Assembly: GCA_963711905.1 (NCBI GenBank) | Contig: CAVQFZ010000019.1 | Location: 12,265-76,264 of the forward strand | Length of the DNA: 64,000 nucleotides | Direction of reading: 5' to 3' | Source of the DNA: an uncultured Nitrospiraceae bacterium | GTDB lineage: Bacteria; Nitrospirota; Nitrospiria; Nitrospirales; Nitrospiraceae | Part shown: positions 39,060 to 47,278 of the stretch, in pieces | Layout: each line of letters begins with the position of its first letter | Position numbering within the stretch: the first letter of the stretch is position 1 | Program-made: the position numbers and the translations under genes | The notes under the pieces: generated by a model | The model's database searches: none | Told to the model about the DNA's origin: nothing | Seen by the model: the letters and a program-made list of their open reading frames with translations, nothing else

Positions 39060-40070
39060 TTAGAAGTGAAGCGACAGTCCTCCGACTAAGTGATTTATGT
39101 GATAATCGGCGTTGATGCCGGCTGCTCCGAGCGGGCCATTGCCCGTGAAATCGAACGCCGCATAATTGTATTTATATTCACCAAACAGCGCGACGCGCTC
39201 GGTGACAAAATAGCGCATACCAGCCAAGGCATTGAAGCCTGGCACGGCGTTGTCCGAGGCGCTGCTGCCATTGTTTGACAGATTGGCGAAGAAGACCCCA
39301 AGCCCGACCCCTCCATACGGTTGCAGCCGGCAAAAGTCTCGCTCATAGTGCGTTTCATAGCGAATCTCTCGGTCGACCTTCACATCCCGCTCCGTTCGCG
39401 TTTCTGTTCGCACCGGTTTCGTTTCACAGCCGAATTTGAGCCGGCCGACTACATTGAAGGCCAAGGTCGTGACTCGCTGGTGGACGCCGGGCAACTGACC
39501 GTCCTGCTTCACGTGGGGGGTCGTATTGTACGCCTCCATCTCCAGGCCCAACCAATCCAGTCGATCGCCGAAGAAATGCCCGACCTTTCCCCCATAGACA
39601 ACCGAATCCGCCAGATCGCGATCAGTGCCCTGAAGCCCGGACAGGAATCCCGCGCCTTCCACGCCACTGAACCCCCCGCCGAATGTATAGCCGCCGAACC
39701 CGGCCACGTACGTTTCGCTCGGGCGCACCAGTTTATGTTCAACGATCGTTTCCGGCCCGGCTAGCCCTGACGCCGCTAAAATGGAAGCCGCTTCCGCCTT
39801 TCGCGCTTGAATCTCCTCGCGACATTGCGGTGTGAGCGTGTGTTCGTTGGCTTCATAACATTTGCGGAGACGCCCGCCACCCGGCTGAACGCCCACGCAG
39901 AGTTTATCAAGCGCGTTACGACACTCAGGATTGATGCTTTGGTATTCTGGCACCGCCACCGGCTCCACCGGCTCCACAGGCTGGGAATAGGCGACCGGCA
40001 ACAGCATGACCATGAAGGCTCCCCAGCACAAGAGCGCTGTGCCACTCACGGTTAATTGTCCTCGCTTCAT
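39060..40070 (-). CDS. Outer-membrane beta-barrel protein with N-terminal Cys-rich (GLG1/Cys_rich_FGFR-like) repeat
   Basis: Signal peptide, ECRNALDKLCVGVQPGGGRLRKCYEANEHTLTPQCRE, then barrel strands (YVAGFGG, LQPYGGVGLG, LFGEYKY) and a C-terminal LSLHF. Confidence 0.75.
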   Translation of the reverse strand: MKRGQLTVSGTALLCWGAFMVMLLPVAYSQPVEPVEPVAVPEYQSINPECRNALDKLCVGVQPGGGRLRKCYEANEHTLTPQCREEIQARKAEAASILAASGLAGPETIVEHKLVRPSETYVAGFGGYTFGGGFSGVEGAGFLSGLQGTDRDLADSVVYGGKVGHFFGDRLDWLGLEMEAYNTTPHVKQDGQLPGVHQRVTTLAFNVVGRLKFGCETKPVRTETRTERDVKVDREIRYETHYERDFCRLQPYGGVGLGVFFANLSNNGSSASDNAVPGFNALAGMRYFVTERVALFGEYKYNYAAFDFTGNGPLGAAGINADYHINHLVGGLSLHF

Positions 40071-40466
40071 TTGAACACCTCCATTTTAGATGAGATAATG
40101 AGCACATCACTATTCATAAATGTAAGACGTGGATTTGCCTACTGGTATAAACTCTAGGGGTACGAATCATATGGCCATTGGAGGTGAGGACACAGTGGAT
40201 TATGAAGACTTGCTCGCCGAGGACGCTGACATCAGCAGAACTCTTCCCACGGCGGACGGTGGCGACAAGAAGATGAATACCCTTACCAACGCCAGGATTG
40301 GTCTATCCGTGAGGACGACCAGCGGAGATCCCCGCATGAACATCCTGGCACTGTTTATAATGACACTGGGGATCACAAATCAGATCACAAGGATTGCTTA
40401 AGTTAGTCATGGCAAGGGAAATACCCAACTCCATCAGTAGAAGACGCAATTCCGTTGTAGTCTGAA

Positions 40467-40506
40467 TTTACCTCACTTCACTGAACTTAACTTCACTTCA
40501 TTTCAG
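40467..40506. repeat. Degenerate pentamer tandem repeat (TTCAC consensus, 8 units)
   Basis: tttac ctcac ttcac tgaac ttaac ttcac ttcat ttcag. Confidence 0.55.
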
Positions 40507-41018
40507 TCCGCTTTGTCGCTCTCCTTAACACCATAATAACACCGGACATCCACTTGAACCGGAACACCCCATCCCCTCCCACCATGACAAAGGGATGGTA
40601 GCAGGCGAGATTGAAGCCTCTACAGGCTCAAAGACTATAGCTCACGGTCCAGTCCAATCGCTTCCACTCAACCGCTTACAAGGGGGCCAGAAATTGACGG
40701 AGGAACCCATTAAACAAGATCGCACACAATAGTTCTGCCACAGGAGCCACAATAATAGTCGTGATGAAACTGTGGGGCCCGCTTGGTGGCGTATGATGGC
40801 TGAGCGTGACTATGACTCTTAGAGAGATTAATCAAGGGGAAGCGGTGTTTTGGGCGATCGAGCAATGCGATACATGGGATCAGTACAGCTAAACTTGTTC
40901 TGCAGTGCCAATCGTAGGTGGCGGTGCGGGTGGCGAGTCCATGACCCGCCACCCGGTCAAAAGCACGTCGACGATGTCAAGATCACCGCTCTGAACGATC
41001 GACGTCAATGCCGTACAA

Positions 41019-41873
41019 TTACCTCGTCACAATGATTTCCACACGCCGATTCTTCGCCCGACCTTCGCCTGTTGTGTTGGGCATCACAGGCTTGGTCTCA
41101 GCAGCTCCCATGGCATGGGCGCCGGATAGACCGCCGCTTTCCAACGCCTCGACAGCGCTTTGGGCACGTGCTTCGGATAATTCTTTGTTCGAGGGGAATT
41201 TCTTCTTGAGCGCGCCCAAGATCGGCCGGTTGTCGGTATGCCCCTCGACATGAACCTTATACTCCGGGAAATCGTGGAGGATGGCACCGACCTGCTTGAG
41301 CGTCTCCGCTCCAGCCGGCTTGAGTTGGTCTTCACCGGACCCAAACAAATAGCCGGAGGCCAAATTCATGAGGAGGCGTTCGTTATTGAGGTCTATGGTG
41401 ATGTGCTGTTCTTCGATTTGCGGCTTGAGCGCCCGGACTAATCCACGTTCCGCCTCCTTCAATCTCGCCATTTCTGTGGAATATTCCTTCTCCCGGTCGG
41501 CTAGTTGCGCCTCCAGATCTGAGTTGCGTTGCCTAGCAGCGGCCAGGTCCGCCGCCAGGAGACTTGAGGCGGCAAGCTGTCCGTTTAGATCGTTCACCTG
41601 GCTACTGAGCACCTGGTTTTGGCGCCGAGCGGTTTCCAGTTCGTTGGCCAGCCGTTGACGGTCCCCCTCTAGGGCCGCAAGACGGGCCGCCGAAGCCAAT
41701 GCAACCTCACCTGATACATCGGGTGCCGCTGCCTTGGCCACAGATGGGCATCCACTCTTTGGATGATAGCCATACCACCGATCTACACACACATCGGACT
41801 GTTTGAAATACGATGAACATCCGACCAGAAGCACAACGCTGGCCACAAGGCCAATGGGTTTATACGTCTGCAT
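41019..41873 (-). CDS. OmpA/MotB-family peptidoglycan-binding lipoprotein with coiled coil
   Basis: Lipobox LVGC, LFGSGEDQL, VEGHTDN, LSEARA and NRRVEI. Confidence 0.9.
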   Translation of the reverse strand: MQTYKPIGLVASVVLLVGCSSYFKQSDVCVDRWYGYHPKSGCPSVAKAAAPDVSGEVALASAARLAALEGDRQRLANELETARRQNQVLSSQVNDLNGQLAASSLLAADLAAARQRNSDLEAQLADREKEYSTEMARLKEAERGLVRALKPQIEEQHITIDLNNERLLMNLASGYLFGSGEDQLKPAGAETLKQVGAILHDFPEYKVHVEGHTDNRPILGALKKKFPSNKELSEARAQSAVEALESGGLSGAHAMGAAETKPVMPNTTGEGRAKNRRVEIIVTR

Positions 41874-41937
41874 GCGATTCCCCCTTTCATAGAGTGCATG
41901 ACGCCGCGGGAACTGATGCCTCGGCTGTCATGCATGG

Positions 41938-43452
41938 TTATGGGTCAGGCTCGACTCTTTTACTGACGCCTACCGTTTGAGCCATAGGATCTTGTGGGCT
42001 GTTTTTGGCGTCATGCTGCGAAACTCCGGTGCGGACGGCTCGCGGCTGAGCTCTATGCTCCTCCAGCAGCGTGTATGCGACATAGTACTTGTAGATGTTG
42101 GAGATATAGGTCACGGTTTCTGGCCCGATCCGTTGCCCGGCAATGATTTCAACGTTGTTGAACCACACGTAAGGATTGAGCCCGCGCCTTTCCGCTTCCT
42201 TTTGGAGCTTCAGCACTCTGGCTGGTCCAGCGTTGTATGCCGCAAATGAAAACAGGATCTTGTTACGAGCGTCCATCGGTTGGTCCGCGAAGTACTGACG
42301 ACGCATAAAGTTCATGTACTTGACGCCGGCGTGGATATTCGGTTCCACTTTTGTAATGTCACCGGTAGCCATGTCCTTGCCAGTGGCCGGCATGATCTGC
42401 ATGACTCCGATCGCGCCGACATGACTGATGGCGTTCTGATTCAGCAGGGATTCCTGGTAGCCCTGCGCCATCATCAACAAATAGTCCATGTCGTACTGAG
42501 CACCGTACTTGCGAAACAATGCGACGGTCGAGTCGAACTTCTTGATCTCGGCCGCCGAGGTTGCAGGTTTGACGATCCGCGGACTCCCGGTATATCTGCT
42601 GAGCAGGGCTTTCCCGAACGGCGATGTCTGTCCATAGCCCTTGGCAAATGCGGCAATCTCTGCTTGCAGTTTGGGGCTCGCTTTTCGGAGCATCCAGGCG
42701 ATGTCCCCGCCCGTGTGGATCACCACGCCTCGATGCGGTTTCAGCTTTGTGAACACGCGCGCCCACAATAGCGCCTGATAGCGATCCACAACGACGATCC
42801 CCACGAGGCCGGCGTTTACCATCTCCAGCAGGTCGTCGTCCTGCAGATCTTCCGGCGCGGCTTTCAGAGTCACCGGCCGCTTGTGCTCGCTATTGAAACG
42901 CTCGTTGAGACGTTCGAGATGTGTCCAATAGCTCGATGATTGGCGGACAAACACTTCCTGGCCTGAGAGATCGTCAACTGAGGCCAACTCCGGTGAGCCG
43001 GGTCCGGTCACCGCAATTTCCTGTATGCCTCGAAAAAACGGGGCTCCGAAATCGACTTGTGCGAGACGTTCCGGTGTCACCGTCAAAATACCGGCGGCTA
43101 TGTCCCCTCTGCCCTCTAAGAGCCTCGGGATGAGCTGGTCCCGCGATGTCGGTATGAAGACCACATGAATGCGGGTATGCTTCCCCGGCGTCTGATACCG
43201 TTCGTTGATTTCTCCCTCGAAGGCCTTGAAGAGTTCATATTCCGCACCGGTTTGGCGAAGTCCTAAGAGCCAGTATGAAGTGCGCGACGGCGCCACCAGC
43301 ACACGAATGATACGGCGCTGGATCATGCCGTCGAGATCACCCGTCCAGCGCTGGAAGGCGGCAGCCTCTGTCAGTTCGTTCTGATCGGTAGCAACGGCTG
43401 AGGAAGGGAGAGCGACGCAGACACATATGAGACCGAGAAGAATCCTGTTCAA
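41938..43452 (-). CDS. MltF-like lytic transglycosylase (periplasmic-binding domain + SLT)
   Basis: PBP-like N-domain and SLT motifs YQES, GVMQIMP, AYNAG. TTG43452 start preferred because it gives a signal peptide. Confidence 0.85.
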   Translation of the reverse strand: MNRILLGLICVCVALPSSAVATDQNELTEAAAFQRWTGDLDGMIQRRIIRVLVAPSRTSYWLLGLRQTGAEYELFKAFEGEINERYQTPGKHTRIHVVFIPTSRDQLIPRLLEGRGDIAAGILTVTPERLAQVDFGAPFFRGIQEIAVTGPGSPELASVDDLSGQEVFVRQSSSYWTHLERLNERFNSEHKRPVTLKAAPEDLQDDDLLEMVNAGLVGIVVVDRYQALLWARVFTKLKPHRGVVIHTGGDIAWMLRKASPKLQAEIAAFAKGYGQTSPFGKALLSRYTGSPRIVKPATSAAEIKKFDSTVALFRKYGAQYDMDYLLMMAQGYQESLLNQNAISHVGAIGVMQIMPATGKDMATGDITKVEPNIHAGVKYMNFMRRQYFADQPMDARNKILFSFAAYNAGPARVLKLQKEAERRGLNPYVWFNNVEIIAGQRIGPETVTYISNIYKYYVAYTLLEEHRAQPRAVRTGVSQHDAKNSPQDPMAQTVGVSKRVEPDP

Positions 43453-43875
43453 ATTGCGCCCCTCGAAAGACACGAAAGAGCTTGAGACGGCGGCATCAAC
43501 CTGGCTCTGGGAGCTGTAGGCATAAGACTTTCCGATCAGAAAGTCAACTCCCGCGTGATCGGCGCAAGAAAGCACGCTGACTGTCGGGAAGTGCCTGCAC
43601 ACCATGCCCTCCGCCAACTCCGATAACCATGCATAGGTACCGGTGCTCAAGGAATGACCTTTACTTGCCTTCCTCAAATACATCTTGCCACTGGTTCGTT
43701 TATTGAGCTATCGTGAACGAGAAGGCGAGGGGGAACCGTGAGAGAAGAGCGCCCCTTCGCTGGAGACACAGTGCCCACCCCAATCATGAGTTCGAATGGG
43801 GGCGCGCACGGTTAATACGTAAGGAGAGACAACAGCGCCCGAGGATAGAAAACCTAATCCCGCAAGGAGACGACT

Positions 43876-44457
43876 ATGAGGACATTTCGTGTATCTGTAC
43901 CAGCCGTTTTGTTCATGGCCGCCATGGCCTGGGTGAGTTCCAGTACGTTGGCAGCCGAGGATTTTTCGTCCACGATCGACAAATTCAAATCTTCAGAACA
44001 AGTGAAACCGTTTTTTGAGAATGCGTACGGCTATGCCGTCTTTCCCCTCATCGGGAAAGGGGGGCTGGGAGTCGGTGGCGCATACGGGCAGGGACAAGTC
44101 TACCGCGACGGAAAGGTTACGGGTAAATCCAAGCTGGTCAAGCTCTCCTTTGGCTTTCAGGCTGGCGGCCAGGGGTTCTGTGAAATCATCTTCTTTAAAG
44201 ATCAGCGTGCCTATGATGAGTTTACGAGTGGGGACTTTGCGTTCGACGCCACAGCCTCAGCAGTCGCCATCACCGCCGGGGCGCAAGCCACGACCGGGAC
44301 AACAGGAGGATCCGCGGGAGCCAGTGCCGGACCGAAATCCGGTGCACAACTCGCAGCAGACTACCGCAAAGGAATGGCTGTCTTTACCCAAGCGATCGGT
44401 GGTCTGATGTACGAGGCGGCCATTGGAGGTCAAAAGTTCAGCTTTGAACCCCTCTAA
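43876..44457 (+). CDS. YSC84-related short SYLF protein, paralog 6 (near-identical duplicate of 38199..38792)
   Basis: Long identical DNA stretches shared with 38199..38792, including downstream non-coding DNA. Confidence 0.9.
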   Translation: MRTFRVSVPAVLFMAAMAWVSSSTLAAEDFSSTIDKFKSSEQVKPFFENAYGYAVFPLIGKGGLGVGGAYGQGQVYRDGKVTGKSKLVKLSFGFQAGGQGFCEIIFFKDQRAYDEFTSGDFAFDATASAVAITAGAQATTGTTGGSAGASAGPKSGAQLAADYRKGMAVFTQAIGGLMYEAAIGGQKFSFEPL

Positions 44458-44551
44458 ACAACCGGGATTATGTCATGGAGGTGGGCGAGGTGCAGTCGCG
44501 ATAACCTCGCCCAAGCCTCTCATGCATCAGCACATGAAATTCTTTCATAAT

Positions 44552-44577
44552 CCGTTCGCCCTGAGCTTGTCGAAGGG
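44552..44577. repeat. REP-like miniature repeat CCGTTCGCCCTGAGCTTGTCGAAGGG
   Basis: Matches a widespread intergenic repeat type recalled from memory; followed by a degenerate second unit (gtcctgagcacagatcgaag). Confidence 0.55.
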
Positions 44578-44692
44578 CAGTCCTGAGCACAGATCGAAGA
44601 TTCACCACAAACATAATTTCTGAGACACCACATAAACCCTGATATCAGCCCCCTGTGCCCCAAAGCCGAAACTTCGGGGGATTGCGCGCCCC

Positions 44693-46198
44693 TTATTTGG
44701 TCTTTCCCTCGTACGGCTCCGAGACGGCAATCTTGATGACGTGGCCCTCGCGCAACGGTTCGTAGTCGGTCACATTGTTGGCGACCGCGACCTGTTCGGG
44801 CTTCCAGACCGTATTGGACCGAGCCGCGATGGTCCGCACGCTTTCCCCTTGCCGCGCTTTCACCAACCGGATGCGATCTTCGCTGATGGCGGCCCGTTCT
44901 TTCGCCGACAGAGGCCGGAAGCTCTGTGCCACTTGCCGAAAGACAGGCTCTACGTCTTGAAATTCTCTCGTGGGCGCGAAAGCGGCGATCTGGTAGACCA
45001 TTCCGCCATGCGCGATCCAGGTCACATCCACGGTGACTTTAGATTCGGCAAACCTGGTCGTGGCGGCGGGCAGCCCGTTCACTTTCGTCGGATGGGTCTT
45101 GGTCTCGAGCTTCGTCTTGCTGGACTTTTCCAGGGCCTTCGCGCCGTCCAGCGGATCGTCACCCTCGGCCACCGCCTGGAACACCACCGCTTTGTGTCCG
45201 CCCTTCGGCGCCGAGGCAACTTTCGTGGGTGTATTCTCGACGTGCCAGCCATCCGGGAACTGCATGAAGAGATTCAGATCAGGATGACGAAATGTATTTT
45301 CCTTGACGATGCCGTTTGCGGCCCGTTGTCCCGCTACCATCCCATCGAGCCTTGCCAGGAACACTTCCTGTGAGGCAGAGATCGGCTCACGGGCCGCTCG
45401 TTTGATCTGCATCGCATGTTTGTTGGTGTTCTTCACCCGGTCGGGCGTCGCAGGATGCGAATCGAAGAAGCTGGTCCGGCGCGGCCCATCGCTCAAGAGT
45501 TCTTGCTCCCTGCCCAAAGTATTCAAAAACACGGAGAGTCCCTCCGGGTCCCAGCCGGCTTTGGCCGCCATCTCCTGCCCGATTTCATCCGCCTCGGACT
45601 CCTGAGAACGGCTGTAGGGGGAGAACACGAGGCTCTGCGCGAAATTGCCGACGCCCCCGATGAGGTTTCCTACAAGCGGACTGACGATCCCGGTCAGACC
45701 CGATGTAATTCCGAACACGACCGCGAAAGGACCTTGTTTGGAAACTCGTTGGACTGTATGCCTTGCCGCCACATGCCCGATCTCATGGCCGACCACGCCG
45801 GCCAGTTCATCTTCCGCCGTGACCAGCGCCAGCAAGCCACGGGTGACATAGACGTAGCCGCCGGGAAGCGCAAACGCATTGGGTTCCGGCATGTCCGCCA
45901 CGTAGAAGTGATGTGTCACGTCCTGCCGGGGGGACTCCTTGGCCAGCCTCTGACCCAGTACGTTGAGATAGTCTGTCAGCGCCGGATCATCCACTAAGCC
46001 CATCTGCTGTTCGACCTTTTCAGCCTCCTCTGCGCCGATCTTCTTCTCCTGCTCCACCGTCATCAAGGACAGTTCGGGTCTGTGACTCACGGGGTTCACC
46101 GAACAAGCCGCTGTGCCGAGGAGCATGGGTAACAGAAACGAGAAACCGAGCAGAGCCCTTCGAACGGGAACCGGAATCATCGACAAGGTCTTCACCAT
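44693..46198 (-). CDS. M48 family (BepA/YfgC-like) metalloprotease lipoprotein
   Basis: Lipobox TAAC, PNAFALPGG, HEIGH, SRSQESEAD and SHP. Confidence 0.9.
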   Translation of the reverse strand: MVKTLSMIPVPVRRALLGFSFLLPMLLGTAACSVNPVSHRPELSLMTVEQEKKIGAEEAEKVEQQMGLVDDPALTDYLNVLGQRLAKESPRQDVTHHFYVADMPEPNAFALPGGYVYVTRGLLALVTAEDELAGVVGHEIGHVAARHTVQRVSKQGPFAVVFGITSGLTGIVSPLVGNLIGGVGNFAQSLVFSPYSRSQESEADEIGQEMAAKAGWDPEGLSVFLNTLGREQELLSDGPRRTSFFDSHPATPDRVKNTNKHAMQIKRAAREPISASQEVFLARLDGMVAGQRAANGIVKENTFRHPDLNLFMQFPDGWHVENTPTKVASAPKGGHKAVVFQAVAEGDDPLDGAKALEKSSKTKLETKTHPTKVNGLPAATTRFAESKVTVDVTWIAHGGMVYQIAAFAPTREFQDVEPVFRQVAQSFRPLSAKERAAISEDRIRLVKARQGESVRTIAARSNTVWKPEQVAVANNVTDYEPLREGHVIKIAVSEPYEGKTK

Positions 46199-46480
46199 GT
46201 TGCCTCACGAAATTGAAGTTAAGGAATGGAACAGGCCACTCTCAGCGGCACACTTTAGCACAGTCGACGCTCTAAAACGGAGCGCTTTTGTGACAGGTTC
46301 GATCTCAGACCGTTGCCCGGCACGTATCGTCTTCTGCGTCTCCTGACACACTTCGTGGGGTCGGTGGCAAGCGGACATACGTCCCGCCACACACTTGAGA
46401 ATGACGGGGGTTTGCGCTATAGACTGGCCGCCGTTGTAGCTGATGACGCCCTCAATCCTTGAAAGGCAAGGCTGCCGACC

Positions 46481-47244
46481 GTGAGCGTGATCGCCGAGAA
46501 GCGCTGCCGTTTGCGCACGTCGTTCCTGTCGGCGACCTACCTCCTGCTTCTCATCGTCACGACGACAGGGCTGTGCCCGCATCATCTCCATGGAGTACCA
46601 GCCGACCAATCCTCTGAAAGGACAGGGAACTGTCGGCACGGCGCCCTTTCGCTATCAACCGTCGGATGAGCATCGCGTGCGTCCGCGTCAGGTCGAAACC
46701 GATCCGGCATCGAAGAACAAGTTATACCTCGCGCAGGAAATCGGCGCATTCTTCGCAGACGCCCTCCGCAAGGAACTGCTTCTTTCACTGTTCGGTTATG
46801 ACCCAAACCGAGGCTCCAGTGCAGGCTATCCCACCTGCGGAGAAACTCGCGGAACCGGCTGAAATCCAAGCGCCGGTCGAAGAGGTGAAGGAAGAGCCGC
46901 TCCCTCAACAGGAATCTTCTCCCGGCGTCGCCGTCGTTCCAGGGGCCAGGGGGCGGTCTCGGCCTGGCCACTATGGACTGAGCATCCGATTCGAATCGTT
47001 GGAGGGTGATCTGGACCTTGGCCGTCTCGTCGAATCGACCGTCGTCATCAATGATACACATCCTGCCTATCGCCGAGCTGTCGCGTCTCGCTCCGAGGGG
47101 TACCACATCGCGCTTACGGTGTCGTTGGCTTTGGCGAGATTGGCCGTGCCCCCGGCTGAAGAACACGAATTCGTGATGGCATTCCTGACTCACTGGGGTG
47201 AAGCGCTCGATCGGACTCCGCGCAGATCCCGCAAGCGCCGGTAG
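46481..47244 (+). pseudogene. Chimeric relic: lipoprotein N-terminal part (frameshift at 46568-70) joined at ~46785 to the C-terminus of a different protein (possibly a GHKL-type ATP-binding protein)
   Basis: Removing one G gives [23 protein letters not shown].. (lipobox). The downstream part in another frame reads [40 protein letters not shown]. Confidence 0.5.
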
Positions 47245-47259
47245 CCATCCGAGGCCGCA

Positions 47260-47268
47260 TGCTATAAT
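47260..47268 (+). promoter_or_regulatory. Extended -10 promoter (TGnTATAAT) of uvrA, near-leaderless
   Basis: TG-C-TATAAT ends 10 nt before ATG47279; no SD present. Confidence 0.65.
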
Positions 47269-47278
47269 CCGCTTTCCC

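Noticed and set aside
40129-40952. ORFs 40129..40401 (+) and 40710..40952 (-)
   Set aside because: No motifs or signal peptides and atypical composition; likely non-coding or decayed.
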